Shown here: piece after piece, positions 1 to 10,646 of the stretch | Position numbering within the stretch: the stretch's first letter is position 1 | Layout of the letters: each line of letters starts with the position of its first letter | Source: an uncultured Gammaproteobacteria bacterium | Lineage (GTDB): Bacteria > Patescibacteriota > Microgenomatia > CAYXHB01 > CAZYTL01 | Direction: 5' to 3' | Length of the DNA stretch: 64,000 nt | Assembly (NCBI GenBank): GCA_964650355.1 | Contig: CAZYTL010000003.1 | Coordinates: 1,750-65,749 of the forward strand | Position numbers and translations under genes: made by a program | Notes under the pieces: model-generated | Told to the model about the DNA's origin: nothing | Seen by the model: only the letters and a program-made list of their open reading frames with translations | Databases searched by the model: none

Positions 1-463
1 GCTTAAACATCGGCGTCACCTTTGGCAAAATATACACCGACACAAAAATCCCCAACCCCGCGATTGCTGTCATTAACACCGACGGATAAATCATTACCCC
101 TTTCACCTTCGACATCAACTCTCTCTGCTTCCCTAGTTGATCTGCCAAAGCTATCATATTCTCTGACATCGTTCCCGAAGTCTCCCCTACCTCAATCGTG
201 TTCACGAACAACTGAGAAAAAGTCTCCGGATGTTGAGCCAGTGAACTCGCCAGCGAACTTCCCGACTCCACCGACCTCCTCACACTCATCAAAACCTGTC
301 TAAACTTACCTGTTACCGACTCCTCAGAAATTCTTAACCCTTCCGCAATCGGCACTCCCGCACTCATCATCACCGCCATTCCCTTGGCAAACAACGCCAA
401 CTGCGTCAAGCTCACCTTTCCCCAAGGCAACTCCAGCGTTAATTTCGATTTCTTCTCTGCCAT
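1..463 (-). CDS. pilC: Type IV pilus/T2SS inner-membrane platform protein (PilC/GspF), N-terminal part; runs off the window edge
   Basis: Not in the ORF track. Manual translation from ATG 463: MAEKKSKL...LALFAKGMAVMMSAGVPIAEGL...VESGSSLASSLAQHPETFSQLFVNTIEVGETSG...KVKGVMIYP, a typical GspF domain. Lies downstream of pilB. Confidence 0.9.
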   Translation of the reverse strand, partial: MAEKKSKLTLELPWGKVSLTQLALFAKGMAVMMSAGVPIAEGLRISEESVTGKFRQVLMSVRRSVESGSSLASSLAQHPETFSQLFVNTIEVGETSGTMSENMIALADQLGKQRELMSKVKGVMIYPSVLMTAIAGLGIFVSVYILPKVTPMFK

Positions 464-579
464 AAAATTCTCCCCTAAACCCAATATACAATGTCGCCCC
501 TTACCAGTAAACTGCCTCCAGCCCAGCATTACAAATCTCTACTTACGACCTCCAATTTACTTATTCCTATCCCTACTCC

Positions 580-760
580 TACTGAATTCTGATTACCGAT
601 TACTGGTTACTGTTTACCGATCTCTAATCTCCCAGTCTCGCAATTTCCTGATTTCTACTTCCTCTTCTCCGTCTTCTGTTTTCCATCTTCTACCTTCTAA
701 CTTCTATCTACTTCCTATTTGCCATCTACCGTTTACTGTTTACTGATTGCTGATTTCTTC
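580..760. repeat. Degenerate heptamer tandem repeats (TTACYGN and related units) between pilB and pilC
   Basis: ttaccga-ttactgg-ttactgt-ttaccga at 593-620; ctaccgt-ttactgt-ttactga-ttgctga at 726-753. Confidence 0.7.
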
Positions 761-764
761 TCAT

Positions 765-2459
765 CTACGTCTGATTAATCACCCGCACCAACTCTTCCAG
801 AGTCGTCAACCCCATTCTCACCTTCCTCAATCCGTCCTCAAACATCGTCCTCATCCCCGCCTTTCTGGCCGCGGTCACAATCTCGTCTGCCGAACTCTTC
901 TTCATCACCAAATCCTTAATCTCTTCAGTCACTTCCAACACTTCAAATACCCCTTGCCTACCTTTATACCCCGTGTGGTCGCACACGTCACATCCGGCTC
1001 CTCTATACAATCGCGCCTTCTTCAATTCATTAAATAACGTTTCGTCCAAGGCCCTGGCCACCTCTAACGTTTCTTTCAGTCGTTCTTCGTCATCACCACT
1101 CATCTGATAAGACATCCTGCACACCGAACAAATCTTTCTCACCAATCTTTGGGCAATTACCACGTTCACTGTCGAAGCCACCAAAAACGGCTTAATTCCC
1201 ATATCAATCAACCGGAGTAACGTCGTCGCCGCATCATTTGCATGCAGAGTCGAAAGCACCAAATGTCCGGTCATCGCCGAATTCACGGCAATATTCGCTG
1301 TCTCCTGATCCCGAATCTCTCCCACCCCAATGATATCGGGATCCTGCCGCACAATCGCTCTTAGCCCTTCAGCAAACGTCAGATTCGTTTCCGGATTCAC
1401 TTGAATCTGGCTCACCCCTTTCACATCATACTCCACCGGATCCTCAATCGTCGAAATGTGCACATCTCTGGTATTCAGAATCTTTAACACCGCGTAGACA
1501 GTCGTCGTTTTTCCACTTCCAGTTGGTCCCGTCACCAACACCATTCCCTGCGGAATTTTGATAATCCTCCTGACCTTCCCCAAATCACTATCCGACAACC
1601 CCAAACTACTCAAAGTATAAGAAGTCGTCCTGGTCGACAGCAGCCTCATCACAATATTTTCCCCTTTGGTCACTGGCACAATCGATACCCTCACATCCAA
1701 CTGTTCTCCGTCAATATTCATCTTAAATTTGCTATCCTGAGACGCCTGGTGCTCATCAATCCGCAACTTGGACAAAATCTTTATCCTGGTCAACATAAAA
1801 TCCGCCAAATCCTTAGACAGAGAAAACATATCATGCATCACCCCGTCAATCCTGAACCTCACCAAAGTATTATCCATTTGCGGTTCCACATGCACATCAG
1901 AAGCATCACTCCGATAAGCATACTTCATCAACATCTCCGTCATCTTTACCGACAGTTGGTTCCTTTGCTCTCTGCCCAAATCCTCACCCTTCCACTTCTC
2001 TAAATACCCTTCCAGTTGTTTTTTCAAATCCAACCTATATTTTGACAACGCATTATGCAAATCATTGTCCGTAATCAAATAAGGTGTCACCTTTTGCCCC
2101 GTATGCTTGCGCAACATATTTAACACCTCTAAATCGTCCGGATTTACCATCCCCACGTGTAATCCCTTTTCATCCTTTGCAAAAGCGATCACCTCCTCGG
2201 CCCGCGCCATCGGTTCCGGAATTTCCCGCAGCACCTTCTCATCTATCTGCATATTCCTCAAATTCACAAACTCAAATCCTTTCGAGTCTGCCACCAGCCT
2301 CCCCAGCTGATCATCCTGAATCAATCCTTTCTCTACCAACAACTCCCTCATCTCCCGCTTCTCTTCCTCAGCCTCCATCTTCACTTCCTTGAACATCTCT
2401 TCACTCACGTGGCCCGGCCTCACCAACACGTCATGTAACTCATCAATCGTCACCTTCAT
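765..2459 (-). CDS. pilB: Type IV pilus assembly ATPase (PilB/GspE)
   Basis: Walker A GPTGSGKTT, TIEDPVE, RQDPD..VGEIRD, TGHLVLSTLH, and two CxxC zinc motifs. Confidence 0.95.
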   Translation of the reverse strand: MKVTIDELHDVLVRPGHVSEEMFKEVKMEAEEEKREMRELLVEKGLIQDDQLGRLVADSKGFEFVNLRNMQIDEKVLREIPEPMARAEEVIAFAKDEKGLHVGMVNPDDLEVLNMLRKHTGQKVTPYLITDNDLHNALSKYRLDLKKQLEGYLEKWKGEDLGREQRNQLSVKMTEMLMKYAYRSDASDVHVEPQMDNTLVRFRIDGVMHDMFSLSKDLADFMLTRIKILSKLRIDEHQASQDSKFKMNIDGEQLDVRVSIVPVTKGENIVMRLLSTRTTSYTLSSLGLSDSDLGKVRRIIKIPQGMVLVTGPTGSGKTTTVYAVLKILNTRDVHISTIEDPVEYDVKGVSQIQVNPETNLTFAEGLRAIVRQDPDIIGVGEIRDQETANIAVNSAMTGHLVLSTLHANDAATTLLRLIDMGIKPFLVASTVNVVIAQRLVRKICSVCRMSYQMSGDDEERLKETLEVARALDETLFNELKKARLYRGAGCDVCDHTGYKGRQGVFEVLEVTEEIKDLVMKKSSADEIVTAARKAGMRTMFEDGLRKVRMGLTTLEELVRVINQT

Positions 2460-2695
2460 ATACTACTTACTTTAAAATAAGGATTGCAGTATATACCGCT
2501 CCCCGAAGAACATCGGGGCATCGGTATAAATAACCTCCTTTTTTCTTGGGACAACCTGGTAGGCTAAACACATCATCAATCTACCAGCATCCCAAACTCT
2601 TCCTTAATACTACCCTGCCCCAGCCTATTAGAAAAGCACCATCAAGCTACCGGACCACGTAATTCAAATTTCTTCCCCAGCAATAACCCTCACTC

Positions 2696-3106
2696 TCATC
2701 CCTTCTTTCCCAACAGTGATTTTATCTTCTCCACCACTCCCTTCATCGAAGTATTCGTCTTCACCAAATAATCCACTGCCCCCAATTCCATTGCCTTCTT
2801 CATATCCCCGGGCTGGCCCAAATTAGACACCACCATCACCTTCAGTTTTTTTAACTCCGCATCCTTCTTTAGTGACTCCAAGACTTCAAACCCATCCATT
2901 CCCGGCAAAATCAAATCCAGCAAAATCAAATCAGGCTTAAACTTCTTTGCCTTCTCCACCACACCCTCTCCTTCAGTCGCCACTTCCACTTCATACCCCG
3001 CTCTTTCTAACCCGTCTTTATAAGCTCGCCAAATAAAATCATCATCCTCCACCAATAAAATTTTTCCTTGCCCTGATTGATCTGAACTCACTTCACCCAT
3101 AGGCAC
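2696..3106 (-). CDS. Single-domain response regulator (receiver)
   Basis: ILLVEDD, PDLILLDLILPGMDG, GAVDYLVK. Confidence 0.92.
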   Translation of the reverse strand: MPMGEVSSDQSGQGKILLVEDDDFIWRAYKDGLERAGYEVEVATEGEGVVEKAKKFKPDLILLDLILPGMDGFEVLESLKKDAELKKLKVMVVSNLGQPGDMKKAMELGAVDYLVKTNTSMKGVVEKIKSLLGKKG

Positions 3107-3123
3107 CTCTCAATTAATCACTT

Positions 3124-3522
3124 TCATCCCCCGATCGTTCCCAATCTAAACTTCACCCTTTGTACAATCTCCGCCATACTGTAATCAGTCTTAATCAAAT
3201 AATCATCTACTCCCAGCTTCTTAGCCTGACCAATATCCGTATCCGTGCTTGACACCGTCAACACCACCACCGGAATCTTCTTTAACTCCTCATCTTCCTT
3301 CAATATCTGTAACACGTGGAAACCATCCATCCCCGGCATAATCAAATCCAACAGCACCAAATCCGGCTTTTCCGCCTTTATTAACTCCAAACCCTTTTGC
3401 CCGTCCAAAGCCAACTTCACCTCAATCCCTGCCCTCTCCAGACCTTCTTTATAGGCTTGTGCAATCAACTCCTCATCCTCAATCAACACCACCTTAGATT
3501 TAACATTTTCATCCATATCCAT
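3124..3522 (-). CDS. Single-domain response regulator (receiver)
   Basis: VVLIEDE, PDLVLLDLIMPGMDG, GVDDYLIK. Confidence 0.92.
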   Translation of the reverse strand: MDMDENVKSKVVLIEDEELIAQAYKEGLERAGIEVKLALDGQKGLELIKAEKPDLVLLDLIMPGMDGFHVLQILKEDEELKKIPVVVLTVSSTDTDIGQAKKLGVDDYLIKTDYSMAEIVQRVKFRLGTIGG

Positions 3523-3616
3523 TTCAATCTACCACAATTAAATTCCTCCGTCTATCCTCTGTTTATCTTCGGATCCTCATTTCTATCACACCCACCCCCA
3601 CATGTATAATCAAGAC

Positions 3617-4258
3617 ATGGATGAAACTTACAGTCCTAAAGAACCATCGGAAGAAAACGTAAATACTCATTGTAGACAATACTCAGAGACCATCTTAGCC
3701 AATCACTATCCTGACAAACAATTCCAAGTGTTTTCCGACCGAGCCTCTTCCTCACGGTTGTATACTTGTCCGGAAGATCCCTCTCATGTGTACAAAGTCT
3801 ATGTGCCCATGACAGCCATCATGACCAATCCTGACGATCCCATGAATTTTCGATTCACCCAAGATGAGCAAACTTATCATGTCAACGAAGTGGCAAATAC
3901 CACCCTATTAGCTGAGCACGGACTGGCTCCCCAAGTATACGAAGTAAAAGGATCTCCTAGTAACCCAGAAATTTTAGACTTAGAAAAAATAGACTATGAT
4001 CCAGACGGCTTAAGTAAACTTCCCCAGGAAGAACGGATCCGCTTGGCAGATGAATTATTCAATCAACTGTGTCGTCTCAACAAAACTGCCATTGATATGG
4101 AAATAGTTTATGCCAAAGGCAGTCAGACCATTAAGATCATTGATTGCGGAGCAATTACCGATATAGATGAAAAGACGGATCTCCTACTCCAAAAGAAACT
4201 ACTTTACGGCCACTTTGGATTAGGCATGCATTTAGTTGAAAGGGAGCCAGCTAACTAA
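3617..4258 (+). CDS. Protein-kinase-like fold orphan protein
   Basis: VYKVY, a helix-C-like Glu, APQVYE, LEKI, IDMEIV and KIIDCG resemble PKL motifs. Start placed at ATG 3617, 6 nt after TATAAT. Confidence 0.5.
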   Translation: MDETYSPKEPSEENVNTHCRQYSETILANHYPDKQFQVFSDRASSSRLYTCPEDPSHVYKVYVPMTAIMTNPDDPMNFRFTQDEQTYHVNEVANTTLLAEHGLAPQVYEVKGSPSNPEILDLEKIDYDPDGLSKLPQEERIRLADELFNQLCRLNKTAIDMEIVYAKGSQTIKIIDCGAITDIDEKTDLLLQKKLLYGHFGLGMHLVEREPAN

Positions 4259-4310
4259 CCATCACCACTTTCTTTCCTCCTTTTACCTTCTAAAACTTCG
4301 ACCTTAGTTT

Positions 4311-5753
4311 CTACGCCGCCAAGGTCTTTTCTCCTTCCTTTGGCAGCATTCCTTGGATGGGAATGCCCACATAAAACATAGTTCCCCATCCTGTCTCCTT
4401 GCCGTCCTCTATTTTAGTAAAAGCCGGTGATTTAAACCATGTCTTACATCCCGAAGCTTCCACAATCAGCTTCACCAGATACAACCCCAACCCGCTTCCG
4501 TCCGACCTTTCCCTCATCGCATTATCCGCTCGGTAAAACTTCCCGAAAATCCTCGACTGCACCTCCTTAGGAATCCCGATCCCGTTATCTCTCACCGACA
4601 ACAACAAATAATCACTCGTTCCGAAAATATATTCATTTTCCTCACCTTCCTCCTTCTTCCCCATCTTTTCCGGGCTTATTCCCGCCTTCCTTTCCAACCC
4701 CACTTCCACTAAGCCGCTCTGCGTTGGCGAATAATAAACTGCATTAGTTAACAAATTATTCACCACCTCGTGCATCAAGCCCTGATCTAATGCAATCTGC
4801 AACAATGGCTCCTTTGGCTTATCAAATACCACCTTGCACCCTCTCTCCTCAATTAAAGGTTTCAGATCAGCTATTACCTTCTCAATCAGATCTTCAAACT
4901 GAGTCAACTCAGGTTCTATTTTCAGTCTCCCCGATTCCAATCTGGACACATTCAGAAACTCATTTACTAACTTAATTAACCGCAGCGTCGACTCCTGCAA
5001 TTTTTCTACATAGTCTTTCTGCCCAGAATTTAACCCTCCCACATCCTCATTCAACAACATCTCCGCATATAATCTCATCGCAGTCAAAGGTGTCCGCAAC
5101 TGATGCGAAGCCACCGACACAAAATCGGTCTTCATCTTATCAATCTCTACCATCATCGTAATGTCGTGCAGCACCATTGCTCCTCCTGACACCTGACCCT
5201 TCTCGTCTCTCACTGGATTAATATGTACCTCAAAAAACTTCTCTTTTAAAGGCACTTTTAAATACTTTATCGTATAACCTTTCTCCATCATCAAATCAAT
5301 CGCCTCTCCAAACCCCATCCGATTCCATACCCCTTCCCTGACCTCGGCATATAAAAATCCTTCCTCTTTAAGCCCCGTTTCCTTTTGTTCCATCAAAGCA
5401 ACTACGTTCTCCAAACTTAATTCCTCATCTCTCAAACCCATAATCTGTCTCAACATTGAATTCACTAACAACACCTGCTTTTTACTGTCAAACATCAACA
5501 CTCCGCTAGTCATACTCTCCACCCAACCTTTCAAATTAGCGTAATCCCTTTCATACAAAGACAGCAGTTTGGCGTTCTTCTCTTCCAGCTTATCAACCAC
5601 CGCCTGGATAATATCCTTCGCCTCTTCAAAACCTCCCTTCAGGTCAGGGACATCTACACCTCCTGCATAATCCTCCTCCAATACTTTGTTTATCACCGGC
5701 TTAATTTTGGCAATCTGCTCTCTCGCATACTGCTCGCGCTCCTCATCAGGCAT
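4311..5753 (-). CDS. Soluble PAS-domain sensor histidine kinase
   Basis: H-box SHQLRTPL, N-box NLLTNA, DNGIGIP, FYRA, GSGLGL; PAS-like region upstream. Confidence 0.93.
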   Translation of the reverse strand: MPDEEREQYAREQIAKIKPVINKVLEEDYAGGVDVPDLKGGFEEAKDIIQAVVDKLEEKNAKLLSLYERDYANLKGWVESMTSGVLMFDSKKQVLLVNSMLRQIMGLRDEELSLENVVALMEQKETGLKEEGFLYAEVREGVWNRMGFGEAIDLMMEKGYTIKYLKVPLKEKFFEVHINPVRDEKGQVSGGAMVLHDITMMVEIDKMKTDFVSVASHQLRTPLTAMRLYAEMLLNEDVGGLNSGQKDYVEKLQESTLRLIKLVNEFLNVSRLESGRLKIEPELTQFEDLIEKVIADLKPLIEERGCKVVFDKPKEPLLQIALDQGLMHEVVNNLLTNAVYYSPTQSGLVEVGLERKAGISPEKMGKKEEGEENEYIFGTSDYLLLSVRDNGIGIPKEVQSRIFGKFYRADNAMRERSDGSGLGLYLVKLIVEASGCKTWFKSPAFTKIEDGKETGWGTMFYVGIPIQGMLPKEGEKTLAA

Positions 5754-5875
5754 AAGTATCTCCTTTCCTCTCTACCATAGCACATAAAGTCCTCGGGAAA
5801 AACAAGAAATATACAGCACTACACCAGCATTCATCTTCCAACCCTCTCCTTCTGTCCTCATTATCTCCTTACGAT

Positions 5876-6577
5876 TTACAACACCGCCACAGTCATAATC
5901 ACCCACACTACCATCCCCACCGTCAAAAACACCGCTTGCAAATTGCTTGGCACCGGTTCTCTAACCTGCCAGAACCAGCGATCCATCTTCCCGGTCTTCA
6001 TAAATTCTCTCACCTGCTCATACAAAATCCTCAGCCAAAAACTCAATACCAACCCCGCCGCAAATAATCCCCCTTTACTCGTCACCACATAAATCACCAA
6101 AAACATCAGCACCACCTCAAACACCACCGAATGCAACACCAACTTCGATCTTTGGGATGCCGTTTCTATCAACACCTGCCATACTCGCTTCCAGTTCCTT
6201 GATCTCAGCGCTTCCTTCACTTGCTGACTGTCCTCTTTTTCCGGATGCAGAAAAAACACATCCAGCAAATGATCCACGTCCAACAAATGAAATCCTAACA
6301 AGCCTCCAATCCACCAGCCCACTAGACTCCACCCTTTACTCCAACCCAACAAGGTTCCCAACGCCAAATAAATCGCTAACACCCCCAACCGTCTTCTGAA
6401 CGGATGCCCCAACTTTCCTCTTACATCCGCCGGCACCAAACTCTCTGCCTGATCCCGCAACATCCCCGTCATGTCATCAATCACCTTTGTAGCCTGCTTA
6501 GGCATCCCCACTTCCATCCCTTCCTTTCCCTTATTCTTAGGTTCTTCTATTTCTTTGTCTCTCACTTCCTCACCCAT
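5876..6577 (-). CDS. Hypothetical membrane protein
   Basis: Several hydrophobic helices; DVDH and LHS motifs suggest a membrane metal-dependent hydrolase-like family. Confidence 0.65.
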   Translation of the reverse strand: MGEEVRDKEIEEPKNKGKEGMEVGMPKQATKVIDDMTGMLRDQAESLVPADVRGKLGHPFRRRLGVLAIYLALGTLLGWSKGWSLVGWWIGGLLGFHLLDVDHLLDVFFLHPEKEDSQQVKEALRSRNWKRVWQVLIETASQRSKLVLHSVVFEVVLMFLVIYVVTSKGGLFAAGLVLSFWLRILYEQVREFMKTGKMDRWFWQVREPVPSNLQAVFLTVGMVVWVIMTVAVL

Positions 6578-6638
6578 ACTACTAGTATGGCAATTTCTCT
6601 CGCAAAGCGCAAGAATAAGTTAAGTCAATTAGAAGTCC

Positions 6639-6959
6639 TCAATACGTAATCTCCAACTCCTGCCACTTCCCTTCCGGATGCTCCCAAAAAATCTGAATAT
6701 TAGCCACATGTGCCGCTTCCGGCCCTGACCGAGCGTGAGAAATCATCGCCTCCACCTGATTCTTATCCCCCTCAAACACTGCTTCCAATCTCCCGTCTTC
6801 CAAATTGCGCACAAACCCTGTCGCCCCCACCTCCTCAGCCTTTTTATGCAAAAACCACCTGAATCCCACTCCGGTCACATATCCGGACACCAACACTCTA
6901 GCCCGCACCTTTCCCCCCTTACTCTCCGATACTCGTCGTGACTCACTTACTTGCACCAT
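6639..6959 (-). CDS. acyP: Acylphosphatase
   Basis: VSGYVTGVGFR, GFVRNLEDGRLE, GPEAAHV. ATG at 6959. Confidence 0.9.
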   Translation of the reverse strand: MVQVSESRRVSESKGGKVRARVLVSGYVTGVGFRWFLHKKAEEVGATGFVRNLEDGRLEAVFEGDKNQVEAMISHARSGPEAAHVANIQIFWEHPEGKWQELEITY

Positions 6960-7064
6960 AAAATTCAATTATAGCTAATAGCTTCATTTACTTCTTAGTC
7001 AAAGTATACATACCAGGGAATTATCTGCCAACCCCGAACCCTTTCGTAAACTCTGCCAATGATA

Positions 7065-7385
7065 CTAGTCTTTCTTCTTTTCCTTAGCCTCCAGGTTCAA
7101 CTGCTTCACCTTCCACATAAACAACCGTGCTTTACTATCAACATCCGCATCTTTCACGTAACTTCTGGCTCTTTCTAGAACAGCTCGATCCATATCTCGT
7201 GACATCTTCATATATAGACTGATATGGTCACGGTCATTTAACTCCTCCGCCAGCATCACCGCATACCCCTGCCACTCCCTGGAAATGTATTTATCTTTCT
7301 TCGAGTCGAACCGCCCCAACACCTGCTTCATCGACTGAAACCCTTTTCCTTTACCCTGATCATCACCTTTTCCCATCCCATTCAT
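7065..7385 (-). CDS. Hypothetical protein
   Basis: 106-aa ORF with host-like - strand codon bias. Confidence 0.7.
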   Translation of the reverse strand: MNGMGKGDDQGKGKGFQSMKQVLGRFDSKKDKYISREWQGYAVMLAEELNDRDHISLYMKMSRDMDRAVLERARSYVKDADVDSKARLFMWKVKQLNLEAKEKKKD

Positions 7386-7406
7386 TCTACCATTACTGCT
7401 TCTCAG

Positions 7407-8120
7407 TCATCTCACCGCCTGATCAATTAGAATGTAGATCTCTCCTCCCTCTGCTTCCTTTACAAAAACATTCTTATCGGATGGATCAATAATCCTTATT
7501 CCCGCCCTCTCGGCTTTAGCCAATTGAACTTCAAGGCCTTTCTTATTCCTCTTCCACTCATCCCCTTCCATATCGAACCACCGTTTTTCTTCTACCTTCT
7601 CCATCAGCAATACTTGAGTATGCTTTCCATCTTCCTCATCCCAACTCATAAATCCAAAATAACCAGGTGTCTCCAACCTCAGCATCTCATCCTCATCTTC
7701 ACTCGCCTTGTTATATTCGCTTATTTGTCTTGCCAACTTTCTCATTCTTTCCAGTTCTTCCAGCCTCCTCGGCCTCATCGAAGACCTTTCTGTCTGGGTT
7801 GTCTTCCCCACCGTACCTAACTCCTGATACTCCTCAACCACACTTTTCTTATCCGCCTTCAATACCTTCCCTTCCGGCGGTCTCCCTGTTTTATGCCACT
7901 CCATTACCGCTTCCCTGGGCATCTCTCTCCTCTTCCTCAATCCTTCCTTAGTCAAATAAACTTGCAACCGGTCGTCGCCGTTAAATTGATAAAGTCTCGA
8001 TCCGTCATTAAATTCTGTAATTATTCCAAAGCCAGCTTCCCTCTCTCTCACAGGTATTAAAGCAGATCTCTCCATCAAGTGACTCTTTACATCATCAGGA
8101 CGACCGTCTTCTATTGTCAT
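7407..8120 (-). CDS. Protein-kinase-like fold orphan protein
   Basis: PGYFG, LLMEKV, IIDPSDKNVFV and YILIDQ resemble the PKL hinge, catalytic loop and DFG-equivalent. Confidence 0.5.
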   Translation of the reverse strand: MTIEDGRPDDVKSHLMERSALIPVREREAGFGIITEFNDGSRLYQFNGDDRLQVYLTKEGLRKRREMPREAVMEWHKTGRPPEGKVLKADKKSVVEEYQELGTVGKTTQTERSSMRPRRLEELERMRKLARQISEYNKASEDEDEMLRLETPGYFGFMSWDEEDGKHTQVLLMEKVEEKRWFDMEGDEWKRNKKGLEVQLAKAERAGIRIIDPSDKNVFVKEAEGGEIYILIDQAVR

Positions 8121-8135
8121 AATTAACTTTCGAAC

Positions 8136-9911
8136 TTAATTCCCCTCTTCAGCTCGGTACTCCTCTGCCAACCTCACCAATTGCCTATCAACTAGTTCGC
8201 CTACCTCATTACCCTCCTCTCTTCCTTCCTTAGCCTCTAACTTATCTATATCTAATTCATATGCCTTGTCCACCAGTTCCTTAAACGCAACCAAATGAAA
8301 ACCAAAAGCGCCTTGAGCTTTAACTACCCTATCTTTTAAGTCTCTATGTTGACCCAACAATCTCTTATATTTTTCCAGATCTTCCTCTTTTAACCTTTTT
8401 TTCTCCTCCCTACCCTTATTAATTAACTCTAACCACTCATTCATCCCCATCTCCTCTTCTCTCAAAGCTACCTCCCTACCCACTAAATTCACAAAACCCA
8501 TCACCTCATCTATCTTCATTTCCCCTTCGTCTTTTCCTTTGTGTTGATTTATCCCTACCAACATATCCAGAGCTTCATTCCAATTCTTTTTCCCTTCAAA
8601 ATAAACCTTCCTCATATCCCTTCCCAAATTCAATATCTCATCAGCCTTTGCTTCACCCAACTCCTTTACACACACCTGCCTGAAATCCCCCAGTTCTCCA
8701 TCCCCCTTATCAATCGCTTCCAGCGCTGCAAACAAATATCCCCCCCGCAACCTCGCCTCTTGAAACACACCAATATTTTCAGCTCCTACCCCTCTAGGCA
8801 TCTTCACCTGATACCCCATAAAAGTCCCCGCAAAAGTCTTCACAAAATCATACGACGAATTCACATCCTCATCATAAAAACGCCCCAACTTAGATTCATT
8901 ATGATATTTAATAAATGACCTAGGATCCACCCCCGTCACCATATCCGCCATCCTTCCCCGCTCATGAATATCCCACAATTTGTTCTGCTTTTCTATCCCT
9001 ACCCCTTCAATAAACAACTCCTCCATCGGTCGCCAATTTCTATAATATACCCCTCCTCCATATTTATCAGGAAATCTTATCATTCCCTCTTCAGGATTTA
9101 TCATTACCCCCTCCTTCGTCGCCATCTCATCAGGGAACTCCCCCTTCCCATGGGCTGCCACCACCACTTCTACAAAACTTCCCACCTCATCAATCATCAG
9201 ATCCAGATCCCCACCGCCTTTTTCTAATTCTTTGCGAAGCACATCTTTCATTTCCTCCATTCCCAACACTTCCCTTATCACTGCCCCGCCCAAAATCGCG
9301 CTCATTGTCTCATGCTCTGCCAATAATGTCACGTCTTTCCCTTCAACACTAACGTACTTCGCAATATCGTGAACCTCCGCAATTAACAGAGCCAATGGAT
9401 CCGCCCGTACTTCTCCATATGAGGCCTCTAATCCACTCCTCACTTTCCCTATATGCTCCAGAGCCACCTTAATTGTGTCCTCTTTCACCCCTAAATTCAT
9501 CAACCTCTTTCTATGAAATTCTCTAATCCCACGCAACATCTCTTTCACCAATTCAAGGTTTTTGCCCAACGCCTCATTCACTCCCCACTCCGCCTCTGCC
9601 ATTTCTTCATCTACAACGGTTTCCATTATCTCCTGCCTCTTTTTATATAAATCTCCTTTCCGTAAATAATCATAATCATCCTTTCCAGAGGGAAGTAAAC
9701 GCTGAACAGTTCCCTCAACGAAATTTGTAGACCCAATGCGTCGCCATCTCCTGAACTCTAGTGCCTCCGACTCCGGTTTGTGTCTCTCCAAGTTCTTCCC
9801 CAACAATTTCTCTTCTAACCTTCTCGCCACCTTTTGCCCTTCACCTATCTTAGGCTCTTTTTTCTCCCCGGTCATATCTCGCTGCAACGGCACCTGCTCT
9901 CCGTCTCCCAT
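8136..9911 (-). CDS. HD-domain-like hypothetical protein
   Basis: H...AEVHDIAK...HE...H...D arrangement. Confidence 0.55.
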   Translation of the reverse strand: MGDGEQVPLQRDMTGEKKEPKIGEGQKVARRLEEKLLGKNLERHKPESEALEFRRWRRIGSTNFVEGTVQRLLPSGKDDYDYLRKGDLYKKRQEIMETVVDEEMAEAEWGVNEALGKNLELVKEMLRGIREFHRKRLMNLGVKEDTIKVALEHIGKVRSGLEASYGEVRADPLALLIAEVHDIAKYVSVEGKDVTLLAEHETMSAILGGAVIREVLGMEEMKDVLRKELEKGGGDLDLMIDEVGSFVEVVVAAHGKGEFPDEMATKEGVMINPEEGMIRFPDKYGGGVYYRNWRPMEELFIEGVGIEKQNKLWDIHERGRMADMVTGVDPRSFIKYHNESKLGRFYDEDVNSSYDFVKTFAGTFMGYQVKMPRGVGAENIGVFQEARLRGGYLFAALEAIDKGDGELGDFRQVCVKELGEAKADEILNLGRDMRKVYFEGKKNWNEALDMLVGINQHKGKDEGEMKIDEVMGFVNLVGREVALREEEMGMNEWLELINKGREEKKRLKEEDLEKYKRLLGQHRDLKDRVVKAQGAFGFHLVAFKELVDKAYELDIDKLEAKEGREEGNEVGELVDRQLVRLAEEYRAEEGN

Positions 9912-9985
9912 ACCCCAATTTTACCTTAACCCACCTCAACAAGCAAAATCTCATTCTAACCTGCCCATCTAGCTCATCTAGCCCT

Positions 9986-10579
9986 TTAGTTATACCTATT
10001 CATCGCCATCTCCATCCCCTCCGTCAGAGCCGCCTCTACCGCATCCCCGCATCTTTCCACCATCTCATCCACTACCTTCCGTTCTTTAGCAATAAACTTC
10101 TCCAACACCCAACTCGTCGTCGCATCATCATCTAACTGTGTCTTCATATCGTTGCCAGGCTTACCTATTCCCAATCTAAATCTGATAACTGACAACTGAT
10201 AACTGACAACTGTTAACTGTCTAATCACAGATTCGACACCATGGTGCCCAGCCGCCCCTCCCCCCACCTGAATCTTCAATCGCCCCAAATCCAGGTCCAC
10301 ATCATCGTGAATCAAATACACATTTTCTACTTTTCCCTCATGATTCTTTAACGCATATCTAACCGGAAAACCGGAATTATTCATAAAATCCATCGGTTTC
10401 AACAACTCAACTTCAATTCCATTAACAGAGACCTTCGCGAAATCAGCTTTCGCCTTTTTGCTGAACGACCACCCCCCTCCCCATCTTTCCGCCAAACCGC
10501 CCACTACCTCAAACCCCACATTGTGCCGCGTCCCTTTATACTTCTCCCCCGGGTTACCCAGACCTACGATTAATACCAT
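9986..10579 (-). CDS. pth: Peptidyl-tRNA hydrolase
   Basis: LIVGLGNPG..Y..TRHNVGF, FMNNSG, HDDVDL, GGGAAGHHG, RLGIG. Confidence 0.95.
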   Translation of the reverse strand: MVLIVGLGNPGEKYKGTRHNVGFEVVGGLAERWGGGWSFSKKAKADFAKVSVNGIEVELLKPMDFMNNSGFPVRYALKNHEGKVENVYLIHDDVDLDLGRLKIQVGGGAAGHHGVESVIRQLTVVSYQLSVIRFRLGIGKPGNDMKTQLDDDATTSWVLEKFIAKERKVVDEMVERCGDAVEAALTEGMEMAMNRYN

Positions 10580-10646
10580 ATCCAAATTTTACTACAATAC
10601 CCAAGCATTCGCTTTCACTTATTCTCATTCGCATCCATTGGCTAAA

